Source of the DNA: Vulcanimicrobiota bacterium
GTDB taxonomy: Bacteria; Vulcanimicrobiota; Vulcanimicrobiia; Vulcanimicrobiales; Vulcanimicrobiaceae
Direction of reading: 5' to 3'
Length of the DNA: 64,000 bases
Assembly (NCBI GenBank): GCA_963723515.1
Contig: CAVRQT010000003.1
Span: forward strand, 672,001-736,000
Below the pieces are notes generated by a model. It saw only the letters and a program-made list of their open reading frames with translations. It ran no database searches and was not told the origin of the DNA. The translations under genes were made by a program, and so were the position numbers. Shown here one piece after another: positions 41,166-53,205 of this stretch (the stretch's first letter is position 1; every line of letters begins with the position of its first letter).

Positions 41166-44100
41166 TTAGGGCGCTGACTCACGCACGTTCGCTGCGCCGA
41201 AGATGCGGTCGAGCTCGCGTTTGACCAGATGACTGGACGAAACGGAACGCGCCATTCGCTGGGAAGCGCTCCCGGCGTGAATTACGACCGGCACGGTACC
41301 GGGCCACTCGTCGGCGAGGTGCGCTAAGCGATCGATCTGTTCGCGATTTTCCGCCACAACGTGCCAGCCCGATGGCTCGCGATTGTGAATCGGTCTGGCG
41401 AAAGGCGAAACCTCATTTGCCGTAACGGAATACTCGATCAGCGGCTCGGCGCCAGGCGTCGCGCCGGGCCGTTCTCGCAAGCGTACCCGGCCGCGAATCA
41501 CCAAGATATTATCGGGAACGAAGTGCGCTTGGAAGAGCGGATATTGTTTCGAGAAGAGCACGACTTCGATGCTGGTGCTCAGATCCTCGATCGTCGCAAT
41601 CAAGATTTGCTGTTGCGATTTCGTTAACGAGCGGCGCACGTTCATCACCATGCCGGCGACAGTGACGAACTCGTCGTCGGCACTGTTGCGCACTTCTTTG
41701 ATCGGGATCGCACGCGTTTGGGCGAGTGCGTCGGCAACATCGGCCAGCGGATGTCCGGAGATAAAAACGCCAAGCGTTTCCTTCTCCCACGTGAGCATTT
41801 CCAGCGTCGTCGGAGGCGGACTCGGCCGCAGACGCGGTATGAGACCGCTGAGGTCTTGGTTTTGTTCACCGAAGAGCGACGCTTGGCCGCGCTCGGCATC
41901 TCGCGATGCGCTTGCGCCGAGCTCCAACGCGATGTCGATCGAGTCGAGAAGTGCCGCGCGATTCCCCGGGAGTGCATCGAGCGCGCCCGCTTTCACGAGC
42001 GATTCGAAGACGCGCCGATTCACGGCCCGCGTATCGACGCGCCGCGCAAAATCGAAGATGTCGGTGAACGGGCCGCCTTGCTCTCGCGCCTCCAAGATCG
42101 ATGCGACGGCGTTTTCGCCGACGCCCCGAATCGCAGCCAAACCGAAACGAATCTGGTTGTCGACCACCGCAAAATCGACGAGCGACTCGTTGATATCCGG
42201 CGCAAGCACCGGGATGCCCATACTCTTCGCCTCGTCGATATACTCGACCAGTTTCTCCGTTCTATCGCGAACCGAGGTCATCAAGGCGGCAAAATACGGT
42301 AGCGGATAGTTGGCCTTTAAATAGGCGGTCTGGTAGGCAATCCACGCATACGCGGCGGCGTGGCCTTTCGGGAAACCGTAGCCTGCGAAGGGCTCGACGA
42401 ACGCGAAGACTCGTTCCGCGAGCGTTCGCGAGACCTCGGATGTCGCGATCGCGCCTTCAACGAATTTCTTGCGGTACTCAGGCACCTTCTCTTTCTTCTT
42501 CTTCCCCATGACATCACGCAATTGGTCCGCCTCGGCCATGGTGAAGCCGGCGAAATCTCGCGCGATCTGCATGATCTGTTCTTGGTAGATCGGGATGGAG
42601 TACGTATCGCTGAGGATCGGCTCCAATTTGGGGTGCAGATATTCCGGTTTCGTGCGTCCGAATTTATTGCTGATGAAGCGCGGAATCAGTTCCATTGGCC
42701 CCGGCCGGTAGAGCGCTACGAGCGCAATGATATCGTCCAGACCGGACGGCCGCAATTCAGCGCAAACACGTTTCATGCCCTCGGATTCCAATTGGAAGAC
42801 GCCCATCGTCTCGCCACGTCCGAGCATCTCGAACGTCTTCGGATCGTCATCGGGGAGATGCGCGAGATCGAATTGCGCATCGACGGTGCGGCGGATCTCA
42901 TCGACAGCACTCTTCATGACGGTCAGATTGCGCAAACCGAGAAAGTCCATCTTCAATAGGCCGATGCGCTCGATCCAGCCCATCGAGTACTGGGTGTTAA
43001 CTTCACCTTCCGCAAGTTTGATCAGCGGCGAGTGGTCGACGAGCGGGTCCGCTGAAATAACAACCCCCGCTGCGTGCGTTGAGGCATGGCGCACCAGTCC
43101 TTCGATTGCCTTTGCCGTATCGAGCAGCTTGCGAACCTCGGGCGAGCGGTTATACATCGAGCGCAGATCGGAAATCTGATCGAGCGCCGTTCCGATTGAA
43201 AGCGCGCCCGGGCCGGCTGGGATCAACTTCGCGACGCGGTCGACGTCAGGCAGCGGCACTCCCAGCGCGCGCCCAGCATCGCGTACCGCGGCACGCGTTT
43301 TCATCGTTCCGAAGGTGACGATTTGTGCGACGCGATCCGCTCCGTACTTTTCGGCAACATACCTGATCACTTCACCGCGGCGCTCGACGCAGAAATCCGT
43401 ATCGATGTCCGGCATCGAGATGCGATCGGCGTTCAAGAAACGCTCGAAGAGCAGATTGAATTTGAGCGGATCGAGGTCGGTAATACCGAGCACATAGCTG
43501 ACGACCGAGCCGACTGCGGAGCCGCGACCAGGCCCGACCGGGATGTCGTTGTCGCGCGCGAACTTGATGAAATCCCAGACGATCAGGAAGTACGACGCAT
43601 AGCCCATCGTCGTAATCACGTCGAGTTCGTGCTCGAGCCGTTCTCGTAGCGCCAAATCCGTTGCGGCGCGCGCCGCGCCGTAGCGGGCGATCAAACCCTC
43701 TTCGCAGAGGTGCCGCAAATAACGTTCAGGCGTCGCCGCGCCGCTTCCATTCGGCGGCACAGCATATTCGGGCAGCCGGTAGAGCCGCTCAGGAAAGCGT
43801 AAATCGACGCGTTGCGCAATCGCGAGCGTGTTGTCGCATGCTTCCGGCAGATCGGCGAAGAGTTCGCGCATCTCTTCAGGCGATTTGACGTAGAACTCGT
43901 CGGAGTAAAACTTCATCCGGTTCTCGTCAGAGATCGTCTTGCCCGTACCGATACAGAGCAGAACGTCATGCGCCGGCGCATCGGCGCGGTTCAAATAGTG
44001 CGAGTCGTTCGTCGCGACGATCGGCACGTTGAGCTCTTGCGCAATCCGCAGGATGCCTTCGTTGATCAACTGTTCTTCCGGCATCCCGTGGCGCATGATT

Positions 44101-44612
44101 TCAAGATAAAAACGATCGCCGAAGATTTCGGAATAGGTCTTGGCCGCAGCGCGCGCTTTCTCGTGATCGCCTTTGAGCAGCGGTGCCGCGACCATGCCGG
44201 ACATGCAGCCCGAAAGCGCGATCAAGCCGCTTTGATGTTCGGCGAGAAGCTCGAGATCGATCCGCGGCTTGTAATAATGGCTTTCAAGCGAAGCTTTCGA
44301 AACGAGCCGCACGAGGTTGCGGTATCCGCCGTGATCCGCCGCGAGCAGCGTAACGTGTGCTTCTTCGCGGATCGAACGATCGAAGCGGCCGCGCGGCGCA
44401 ACGTACGCTTCACATCCGATGATCGGATTTAGGCCGTACTGCTTGGCGGCGTAATAGAATTCCATAGCGCCGAACATGACGCCGTGATCGGTAAGTGCAA
44501 CCGCCGGCGCTCCATGCTCTGCAACGCGGCGAGCGAGATCGCCGATGCGGCACGCCCCGTCGAGCAGCGAGTATTCGCTATGGACGTGAAGGTGGACGAA
44601 AGAGTTGCTCAC
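41166..44612 (-). CDS. dnaE: DNA polymerase III alpha subunit
   Basis: FVHLHVHSEYSLLDG PHP domain, GPGRGSA, MPDIDTDF, KMDFLGL. Confidence 0.98.
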   Translation of the reverse strand: MSNSFVHLHVHSEYSLLDGACRIGDLARRVAEHGAPAVALTDHGVMFGAMEFYYAAKQYGLNPIIGCEAYVAPRGRFDRSIREEAHVTLLAADHGGYRNLVRLVSKASLESHYYKPRIDLELLAEHQSGLIALSGCMSGMVAAPLLKGDHEKARAAAKTYSEIFGDRFYLEIMRHGMPEEQLINEGILRIAQELNVPIVATNDSHYLNRADAPAHDVLLCIGTGKTISDENRMKFYSDEFYVKSPEEMRELFADLPEACDNTLAIAQRVDLRFPERLYRLPEYAVPPNGSGAATPERYLRHLCEEGLIARYGAARAATDLALRERLEHELDVITTMGYASYFLIVWDFIKFARDNDIPVGPGRGSAVGSVVSYVLGITDLDPLKFNLLFERFLNADRISMPDIDTDFCVERRGEVIRYVAEKYGADRVAQIVTFGTMKTRAAVRDAGRALGVPLPDVDRVAKLIPAGPGALSIGTALDQISDLRSMYNRSPEVRKLLDTAKAIEGLVRHASTHAAGVVISADPLVDHSPLIKLAEGEVNTQYSMGWIERIGLLKMDFLGLRNLTVMKSAVDEIRRTVDAQFDLAHLPDDDPKTFEMLGRGETMGVFQLESEGMKRVCAELRPSGLDDIIALVALYRPGPMELIPRFISNKFGRTKPEYLHPKLEPILSDTYSIPIYQEQIMQIARDFAGFTMAEADQLRDVMGKKKKEKVPEYRKKFVEGAIATSEVSRTLAERVFAFVEPFAGYGFPKGHAAAYAWIAYQTAYLKANYPLPYFAALMTSVRDRTEKLVEYIDEAKSMGIPVLAPDINESLVDFAVVDNQIRFGLAAIRGVGENAVASILEAREQGGPFTDIFDFARRVDTRAVNRRVFESLVKAGALDALPGNRAALLDSIDIALELGASASRDAERGQASLFGEQNQDLSGLIPRLRPSPPPTTLEMLTWEKETLGVFISGHPLADVADALAQTRAIPIKEVRNSADDEFVTVAGMVMNVRRSLTKSQQQILIATIEDLSTSIEVVLFSKQYPLFQAHFVPDNILVIRGRVRLRERPGATPGAEPLIEYSVTANEVSPFARPIHNREPSGWHVVAENREQIDRLAHLADEWPGTVPVVIHAGSASQRMARSVSSSHLVKRELDRIFGAANVRESAP

Positions 44613-44794
44613 TTGGGCAACATCATATCCCCGGCCGCTACAACCGCCCAGGAGCGCGTCATCGGCGACTCTCTTTCGACGCGTTTGCCGCGATGCTTCG
44701 CATCGGCCAGGCCACTACTACTGAGGTAGTGGGGCCGGCGCTCTGCGCAGCGTATAAAAGAGAGGGCCACGGAAAAAATCGAAAGGCGCATCCT

Positions 44795-46475
44795 TTGATC
44801 AAACATGACGTAGTCGTCATCGGCGGCGGCTTGGCCGGCATGCGCGCGGCCGTGGAAGCAGCCGAGCGGGGCGCCGACGTTGCGATCGTCTCAAAACTGC
44901 ATCCCGTGCGCAGCCATTCCGGCGCTGCGCAGGGCGGGATCAATGCTGCGTTGGGAAATGCAGCCGACGACACGCCCGAAAGCCATGCCTTCGATTGCGT
45001 TAAGGGCTCGGACTACCTTGGGGACCAGGATGCGATCGAAGCGATGTGCGACGATGCCGCGCGGCAGATCATCTGGCTGGAACATCGCGGCTGCATCTTC
45101 TCCCGGGTTCCAGACGGGAGGCTTGCGCAGCGCCCGTTCGGCGGCGCGGGTTCGCCGCGCACGTGCTACTCCGCCGATGTGACCGGTCTCGTCATCCTGC
45201 ATACATTGTGGGAGCAACTCGAGCGTTTCGGCGTCAAGGTTTACGAAGAATACTTCTGCACGGCGCTTTGCGTTGAAGATGGTGTCGGCAGCGGCGTTGT
45301 TGCCCTCAACATGCGCACCGGCGAGCTTGAATTGATCACCGCCGGGGCGACGATCTTCGCGACCGGGGGTGCCGGGCGAATGTATGCCAAGACGACAAAT
45401 GGCTATTCCTCGACCGCCGATGGCCTTGGAATTGCGTTTCGTGCCGGCCTACCGATCATGGACATGGAATTCGTTCAATTCCATCCGACGTCGCTCAAAG
45501 AGAACGGTGTTTTGCTTTCAGAGGCGGCACGCGGCGAAGGCGCCTACCTTCTGAACGCCGATGGCGAACGCTTTATGTTCAAGTACGCGCCCACAAAAGG
45601 TGAGCTCGCCTCACGTGATGTCGTGTCGCGCGCGGAGTGGACCGAGATCACGCAAGGTCGCGGCATCGATGGTTGCGTGCTGCTCGATCTGCGTCACCTC
45701 GGCCGCGAAAAAATCCTGGAGCGATTGCCGCAGATCCGAGAGCTGGCGCTCGACGCGACCGGCAAAGATGCGATGAAGGAGCCGATTCCAATCCTTCCCG
45801 GGATGCACTATACGATGGGCGGCATTGAAACCGACATCTGGGGCAAGACGCGCATTGACGGCGTGTATGCCGCCGGAGAAACGGCGTGCGTTTCGGTGCA
45901 CGGTGCAAACCGGCTGGGCGGAAATTCCTTGCTTGAAACGATCGTCTTCGGCTCGCGGGCGGCGCAGAACGCAACCGAATACCTCAAGAGTAACGGCGCC
46001 GTTCGTCCGTCGGAGCGAACGCTTAAAGCGGAAGCAGGACCGGATCGGCCAGATGCTGGCGCGCAAAGAGGGCGAGCGCGCGCCGCAAATCCGAAAACGG
46101 CTCAACGCGACGATGTCGGAAAACGCCTTCATCTTCCGCAACGAAGCGCAGCTTCGCAAAGCGTGCGACGACATCCGTGAAGTGCGCGAAGCGATCAAGC
46201 ACGTCACCGTCATGGATAAATCGAAGACGTTTAATACGGACCTCGTCGGAACGCTCGAAACGGAGTTTCTGATCGAAGCCGCGCAATGCGTCGTGCACGG
46301 CGCACTGGCGCGAACGGAGTCACGCGGCGCACAAGCGCGCACCGACTATCCGGAGCGCGACGACGAAAAATGGCTCGTCCATACGCTCGTTTGGCGAACC
46401 GAGGGCGACCCTCGACTCGACTACACTCGTAAGGTGACCTTTACGAAATGGCGACCCGAGGTGCGAACGTATTAA
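44795..46475 (+). CDS. sdhA: Succinate dehydrogenase/fumarate reductase flavoprotein (frameshift near 46035)
   Basis: GGGLAG, RSHSGAAQGG, QFHPT, HYTMGG, HGANRLGGNSL, then RTESRGA in the second frame. Confidence 0.95.
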
Positions 46476-46476
46476 G

Positions 46477-47436
46477 ATGGCCCGAATAACGCTCGATATA
46501 TTCCGCTTCGATCAAGCGACGGACGACGTTCCGCACCGCGATCGGGTCGAACTTGATATCCCTGAGACGACTACCGTTCTCGACGCCCTTGAAACGGCGA
46601 AGGCAGAGGTTGACGGCTCGATTACCTTCCGCCGCTCGTGCCGTTCGGCGATTTGCGGCTCCTGTTCGATGAACATTAACGGCGTGACGGGTCTGGCGTG
46701 CAAGACGCCGTGCAACACGGTGTTGCGTTCGGACGGCTCGATTCACGTCGATCCGATGCCGAACTTTCAGCCGATGAAGGATCTCGTCGTGCACATGGAT
46801 CCGTTCTGGGACAAGTACACGCGGCTGAAACCCTATCTGCAGCCGGCCGATCGCGATGAAGATCACGAACGCGAGCGCCGCGTCAGCCCGGAAGACATGA
46901 AGAAGCTGGTCGAGGCGGCAAACTGCGTGATGTGCGCGACGTGCTACGCGCTCTGTCCGGTCGTGAGCGTCGATCCAGCCTTTGCAGGCCCGGCGGCGAT
47001 CGCATATGCTTACCGCTTCATCGAAGATGTCCGCGATGGGCAGACCAACGAGCGGCTCGCGCAGATCAACGACGATTACCTCTGGCTTTGTGCGCACTGC
47101 TACGCCTGCTCGTATTGTCCGAAGCATGTCGAGCCGCACGATCGCATCGTGGACGTCAAGCGGCGGACGGTTCAAGAACGCGTGCATATGAACGCGCCCG
47201 GGCCAAGGCATGCGCTCGTCGTGAACAAGACGATTCGCCAAACCGGCATGCTCGCAGAGACGGAAGTCATTCAGGGCACCGTCGGACGATTCAATATCCG
47301 CGGCTTAATCAAGATCACGCCGCTCGCGCTGCGCATGGCGGCCAAAGGCAAGATGCCGCCGTTCTTCTTGCGGCCCATTCCGAAAATCGATGAAGTGCGT
47401 ACCATTTTCGAATCGCTCGAGGTACCGGTATCTTGA
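46477..47436 (+). CDS. sdhB: Succinate dehydrogenase Fe-S subunit with extended C-terminus
   Basis: SCRSAICGSC...C 2Fe-2S motif; CVMCATCYALCP and CAHCYACSYCP. Confidence 0.92.
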   Translation: MARITLDIFRFDQATDDVPHRDRVELDIPETTTVLDALETAKAEVDGSITFRRSCRSAICGSCSMNINGVTGLACKTPCNTVLRSDGSIHVDPMPNFQPMKDLVVHMDPFWDKYTRLKPYLQPADRDEDHERERRVSPEDMKKLVEAANCVMCATCYALCPVVSVDPAFAGPAAIAYAYRFIEDVRDGQTNERLAQINDDYLWLCAHCYACSYCPKHVEPHDRIVDVKRRTVQERVHMNAPGPRHALVVNKTIRQTGMLAETEVIQGTVGRFNIRGLIKITPLALRMAAKGKMPPFFLRPIPKIDEVRTIFESLEVPVS

Positions 47437-48383
47437 CAACCGCTTTACTTCCTGAACAGCAAGTCCGCGACGCGCATCGCCGCACGCGCTCCGCCGAGAT
47501 GCGTAAATACGGCTTCTTCCCCGGCTGCGTCGCTAAGGAGTCGTGCAAGGAGCTCTTCAACTCGACCATGCTGCTCGCCGATAAGCTCGGCATCGAGCTC
47601 ATTGAATTGACGGCCGCATCCTGTTGCGGCGCCTCGGTCGTCAACGATACGAATCGCGACATCGCTCGCGTGCTCAATGCTCGTACCTACGCGCAAGCAG
47701 AAGCCCTCGGGCTCGACGATGTTATTACGATCTGCTCGACCTGCACCGGGCACATGCGCGCGGCCAACAAAGAGCTGCTTGACTCCGAAGAGCGCATGCA
47801 TGCGGCCAATGCGATCCTCGGAAAATTCGGCGCGAAGTACAACGGGGGCGTCGTCGTGCGCCATCTACTTTGGCTGCTGATTGACGACATCGGCCTCGAC
47901 AAGTTGCGTTCGATGGTCGTGCGGCCCCTCAACGGGTTGCGCGTGGCGCCGTTCTACGGCTGTCACATCATTCGTCCCGAATCGGTCAATGGCTGGGAGT
48001 CAGCGCGCAATCCGCATTCGCTTGAAGACGTGATCGAAGCCATCGGCGGAGAGGCAATCGACTATGCCGGCAAGACGCGCTGCTGCGGCTTCCATATCCA
48101 ACTAGAAAAGGAAGGCACCGCCGCGTCGATGGTCGGGCAGAACATGCGCATCGCGAAAGATAAAGGCGCCGAAGTTGTTTTAACGCCGTGTCCACTGTGC
48201 CACCTTGCGCTCGACGGCTATCAAGCCGATGCGGCGGCGCGCTGGGGAAGAACGGATCTGCCAACGTTCCATCTTCCGCAATTGGTTGCGTTTGCGCTCG
48301 GCGTGCCCGCCGAAAAACTCGGACTCAACAAGCACCTGATCGATCCGCGCCGCATTTTGACCGAACGCGAACTGATCGCCTAA
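47433..48383 (+). CDS. CCG-domain HdrB/SdhE-like subunit
   Basis: FFPGC, SCCGA, CSTC, FYGCH, RCCGF, CPLCH; no TM helices. Confidence 0.88.
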   Translation: MTTALLPEQQVRDAHRRTRSAEMRKYGFFPGCVAKESCKELFNSTMLLADKLGIELIELTAASCCGASVVNDTNRDIARVLNARTYAQAEALGLDDVITICSTCTGHMRAANKELLDSEERMHAANAILGKFGAKYNGGVVVRHLLWLLIDDIGLDKLRSMVVRPLNGLRVAPFYGCHIIRPESVNGWESARNPHSLEDVIEAIGGEAIDYAGKTRCCGFHIQLEKEGTAASMVGQNMRIAKDKGAEVVLTPCPLCHLALDGYQADAAARWGRTDLPTFHLPQLVAFALGVPAEKLGLNKHLIDPRRILTERELIA

Positions 48384-48464
48384 CGCCCCTCGCATCACGC
48401 GACAGCTTCCGTCACTGACGGCCAGGCGCAGTCGTTTTCGCCTTATGCGTTATGCGGCTAGCTC

Positions 48465-49946
48465 ATGACTTCGGCGGCACGCCATTTCTGTATGCGCACG
48501 CTCGTTGTCGTTTTCGGCTTCTTGATGACTGCGGCCGCATCGCCGCAAGATAGTGCGCATCTTGATGTACAAATGTCGCTCTCCTCGCACACCGCCTTAG
48601 TCGGCGAGCCCGTGTGGGTGGAGGTCCGGGTTACGAATCACTCCCGGGAGGCAATGCGTGTTGATATGGGAACGGCGTGCTGTGGCGCTAAAGAAGTGAC
48701 GATTCAGATTCCGCAGGCGGACCCTAGCAATCAAGAGCATATCCGCTGCGGCTCCGGCACCGGGCTCGCCATGACCTGCGGGTGCCTCTCCGAACTGCCG
48801 TTTGAGATCGGCCCCGGAGCAAGCCTTACGCGTCGATACGTTCTCGAAGGCGATTTTCGAATTACGCATGCGGGCACCTATCGTGTGCTGCTTGAGAAAA
48901 AAATTCCTTACGGACCAAAGCTTCCGGCATCGGCGGTAGGCACGCCGCAGGCCTATTTTGACTTGAAGCACTCGCAGACGGTCCGCTTAAGTGAGACGCT
49001 TAAAGAACTCCCGGCCAATGACCGCAAGCTATTGCGGATCGAACAAAAACTCGCCCAACGTGTCGCCTCTCCGATGCCGACGCCGTCGTATCCCCCGGAC
49101 GTAGACATCGACAAGCTGCGCCGCATAATCGACGCCTGGAGAAAGGCGCAGGATCAGGCGTCGCGCCTCCAGCTTTCGCTGGCTCAAGGCATGATGGCGT
49201 ATCCCGTTAAAGGCATGGAGCCGCTCTTTGGCTCATGGCTTGAGCAAAACAACACGTCGTTTGCGGACTGGGCGATTGTTGCGCTGTCGCACCTCAACAC
49301 GCGCGAATCTCGCGACATCTTGGCGCGTCAAGCAGCATCACCCGATAAACCAACTGATATCTCGTTTCAAACGCATCGCTGGGAGGCGTTAGATGCGCTT
49401 GCCAAGATGGGCGATACGTCGTATGTATCTTTATTTGAAAGGCTTACCGGCGATCAAAATCACGACGTCCAGCGGATGGCGATCTTTGGTCTAGGTTTGC
49501 TCGGCGGAGAAAGAGAGCTTCCAGTGCTGAATGAATTGGCTCGGCATGGGGCCACCGCGTTCGACCGCGGCGATGCTATTCTAGCGATAGGAGAAACTCG
49601 ATCACTGCGCGCCGTCCCGATTTTGATTCAACTTTTCACGTTGCCTGACTCCGACCAGCCGAGCGCCTCCGACTATTCGCTCTTTCTCTTGACGCACCAC
49701 GAGCTCACAGCCGTAAATCAGTTGCGCACGCCGCTCGAAGCACAGAAGGCGTGGAACGATTGGTGGAGCACAAATGAGAAAACGGCGCGCGCGTACGGTC
49801 CTTTTGAGTGCGCAGTTCCAAATTCAACTAAAAGAACTGTCATGTCGGAGGCACGCTGTAAGGTGATCTTTAGTGACGACGGCGCCATGAGGCGAGAAAG
49901 ACATCGACGCCTAGCTTTTTTCGAGCGCTCCGTTTTGGACCGATAG
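48465..49946 (+). CDS. Secreted protein with Ig-like N-domain and HEAT repeats
   Basis: Signal peptide; GEPVWVEVRVTN; ALDALAKMG / AIFGLGLLG / AILAIGE repeats. Confidence 0.7.
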   Translation: MTSAARHFCMRTLVVVFGFLMTAAASPQDSAHLDVQMSLSSHTALVGEPVWVEVRVTNHSREAMRVDMGTACCGAKEVTIQIPQADPSNQEHIRCGSGTGLAMTCGCLSELPFEIGPGASLTRRYVLEGDFRITHAGTYRVLLEKKIPYGPKLPASAVGTPQAYFDLKHSQTVRLSETLKELPANDRKLLRIEQKLAQRVASPMPTPSYPPDVDIDKLRRIIDAWRKAQDQASRLQLSLAQGMMAYPVKGMEPLFGSWLEQNNTSFADWAIVALSHLNTRESRDILARQAASPDKPTDISFQTHRWEALDALAKMGDTSYVSLFERLTGDQNHDVQRMAIFGLGLLGGERELPVLNELARHGATAFDRGDAILAIGETRSLRAVPILIQLFTLPDSDQPSASDYSLFLLTHHELTAVNQLRTPLEAQKAWNDWWSTNEKTARAYGPFECAVPNSTKRTVMSEARCKVIFSDDGAMRRERHRRLAFFERSVLDR

Positions 49947-50304
49947 CTCCCACCGGTAGCCGTCCGGGTCGTGAAACCAGAGACCCATGTGAGGTGATCC
50001 CGGACCTTCGGGTCCGATTTCGTCACCAGGATCCTCGAGCTCGACACCCGCACGCTTGAGCGCCTGAAGCGCTGCTCGCAGCTCGGCCATGTCCTTCAGG
50101 TGAAACGACATGTGCTCCAGAGCGTCAGGAGCGGGCCTTCCTTTATATAGGGCGATCGTGATCGCATCGTTGCTGACGGCGATCCCGTCCGTGAACCGGA
50201 AGTCTTCCTTAAGATCGAAGTGGTCGGTCCAGAATCGCGCACTGCGTTCCGGATCGCTCACCGCCAAGCTGAAGTGCCCGACGACGCCGAGTCTTGATCG
50301 TCAT
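49911..50304 (-). CDS. VOC/glyoxalase family protein (frameshift near 50292)
   Basis: GHFSLAVSDPERSARFW, EHMSF, WFHDPDGYRWEL. Confidence 0.85.
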
Positions 50305-51568
50305 TGCAGCCCGCTTTCGAAGTTGCCGACGTTGCCCGAATAATGTCGAGCACGCGATCTGACCGGCAATCCGTAAAACGTCACTCCCTGACGACCCGTC
50401 AACGTTCGTGCTGAAAAGAGGGCATCGTAGATCGCATATTCGGTCGCTTCCACGGTAGCTCCATAAAGGGCGTCGAGCGTATCGACGTCTTCGAGCGGTC
50501 TGGCCAGCCGGCGGCAAAATGTTATAGTCCGCCGTCACGCTTGTACAAATATCCGTGTGCTGAACGCGATGAAGAGATCGCCGCTGCCGACGTTGACGTC
50601 AAACCTACGCGCCCCATTCCGAGCGAGACGCGTTTCGCAAGTGCATGCAAGTTGCCGATGGTCGAGCGGCGCGTTCGTTGCGACAACGACGATGATGCTG
50701 CCGTCACTCTGCCGTCCCGCGCGGATTTGATGGCACCCGCGCGCTTCGGAAAAATGGGAAGGTACTCGTGCTGCGAGATGCGGCCAACATGAACGCCGTC
50801 GATCGTAAGCAAGGCGCGCGCGATGAACCGGTGTTGTCGTTGACGAGAACGCCGACGACATAGCCTCCCAGATTCGCGGGAAGCACACGCGATGCCGAAC
50901 CGATGCCGGCTTTAAAGCCGAATGCTCGCATGCCGGTTCCTGCGCCGACGCTGCCGCGCGCAAACTGTCCGCTTTTGGCCGTTCCATGTAGTGCCGCGAC
51001 ATCATTGCGAGCTGACGTGGCGCCCGCGGATGTCGTTCAGCGATTGATCGTCGCACTCAGCGACGACTGGAAGCGGAACATCGTCACCGATGCCGATTTG
51101 CGGATACCGCTGCATCATCCAAGTGACGACGCCGTCATCCGCAAGTCCGACATCGAGCGTGTCAGTGAGCACGATCGGCGTTTCGAGATAGCCGGCTTCA
51201 TCGACCCAATGGGTGCCCGTCATCTCGCCATTACCGTTGTAGGCTTCGGTTGCTGCCGCGACTTTGACATTCCAAGGATCGGCGTCCGGCAAAATCGCCG
51301 TCGCGCCGGTGCGGATATCGGTTCCTTCGATCTTTGTCAGATGTGCGACTCGCACGCCCGGTACATCCGTGATTCCATCGAAGCGTCCGCGTGCATACAT
51401 TCCGCCTTCAGGCGCTGCACGGAGCGGCCAAAGCGGAGCGGTAATGCAAAAGAGCGCGAAAACGAGCGACAGCGCAAGCTGCGGCGTTACTTTTCGCCTT
51501 GACACGCGGCGTAGTTTACAGGACACTGGATGGACGCCTGCTCCTGCAGGCGTCACCTTTTCAGTCAC
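50301..51568 (-). pseudogene. P1/S58 (DmpA-like) aminopeptidase, disrupted by many indels
   Basis: DGITDVPGVRVAH, NGNGEMTG, LPVVAECDD, FGFKAGIGSASR, DGSIIVVVATNAPL, SGDLFIAFST spread over several frames. Confidence 0.75.
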
Positions 51569-51609
51569 CTAAAATGGTTGCAATTGCAGGTTTCGGAGGA
51601 TGCCTTAGG

Positions 51610-53205
51610 ATGCTGACGGTTTCACCTCAAATCAAGGCGGCTCGCGCCTTTGAAAATCTTTCGCCGGCAGAACTCTACGAGCACGCGCTCGCTCGCGGCG
51701 AAGGCGTCTTGGGTGCCGATGGTCAGCTGCTCGTCGATACCGGAGAGCACACCGGGCGTTCACCGAACGATAAATTCTTCGTACGCGAACCATCAAGCGA
51801 AGCGAACATCGCCTGGGGCAAAACGAATCGTCCGATCGAACCCGCAGCATTCGATGCGTTGTACGATCGTGTTGCAGCCTATCTTTCGGAGCGCGACGTC
51901 TATTCTTTAGATTGCTACGTCGGCGCCGGATGAGCGGTACCGTTTATCGGTGCGCGTCGCTCACCGAACTTGCTTGGCAAAATCTCTTTGCGCGCGATCT
52001 GTTCATCGTTCCGAGATCGCACTTCGACAAGCTCAGTGCAGGCTGTCGACCCATCGTTTGAACCCGATTTCACCGTCGTTGACGCCGCGCAGTTTCAAGC
52101 TCAGCCGGAGCGCGACCAGACGAATTCGGCGACGTTTATCCTCGTCAACTTTGCGAAGCGGATGATTTTGATCGGCGGAACACGCTACGCGGGCGAGATC
52201 AAGAAGTCGGTCTTCACGGTCATGAATTACCTGATGCCGTTGCGCGATGTGCTTCCCATGCATTGCTCCGCGAACGTCGGCCGGGACGGCGACGTTGCGA
52301 TCTTCTTCGGGCTTTCCGGAACGGGGAAGACGACGCTTTCCGCCGATTCACGGCGCCCGCTTATCGGCGATGACGAGCACGGTTGGTCGCAAGACGGCGT
52401 CTTCAACTTCGAGGGCGGTTGTTACGCGAAAGTCATTCGCCTTTCGAAGACGGCGGAGCCGGAAATCTGGGCGGCGTCCCATCGCTTCGGGACGGTGCTC
52501 GAAAACGTCGTTTACGATCCGAACACACGGCGGCTCGACCTCGATTCTCAGGCGAAGACGGAAAACACCCGTTCCGGTTATCCGATTGAGTTCATCGGCA
52601 ACATCGTTCCCGGTTCAAAGGCGGGACATCCGCGCACGATCATCATGTTGACCGCGGACGCCTTCGGCGTCTTGCCCCCGATCGCAAAACTCACGCGCGA
52701 TCAAGCGATGTACCACTTTCTTTCCGGCTATACCGCGAAGGTTGCCGGAACAGAGCGCGGTATCACAGAACCGCAAGCCACTTTCTCGACGTGTTTCGGT
52801 GCGCCGTTCATGGTGCATCATCCGACGGTGTACGCGAAGCTTCTCGGGGAGCGCATCGATCGGCATGCCGTCGATTGCTGGCTCGTAAACACGGGGTGGA
52901 GCGGCGGATCGTACGGTGTTGGAAAGCGGATGTCGATTGGGCACACACGCGCGATGGTCAACGCGGCGCTCGAAGGCAAGCTCAACGATGTCGCCTTTGA
53001 AAGCGAGCCATTCTTTGGGCTGCATATTCCGGCGTCAGTGCCTGAAGTTCCGAACGAAGTGCTTAACCCGCGCAACTCTTGGAGCGACAAGGCGGCGTAC
53101 GATGCGACCGCAGCGCGCCTTGCGGGTCTGTTCGCGGAGAATTTCAAGCAGTTCGAGGCTCAAGCTTCCGACGGCGTGCGGCTCGCCGCTATTCGCCCAC
53201 TGTAA
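51610..53205 (+). CDS. pckA: PEP carboxykinase (ATP), frameshifts at about 51930-52030
   Basis: [46 protein letters not shown]. Confidence 0.95.

Noticed and set aside
41166..44612. Intein in dnaE
   Set aside because: Length (1148 aa) is normal and no intein splice-junction motifs are evident
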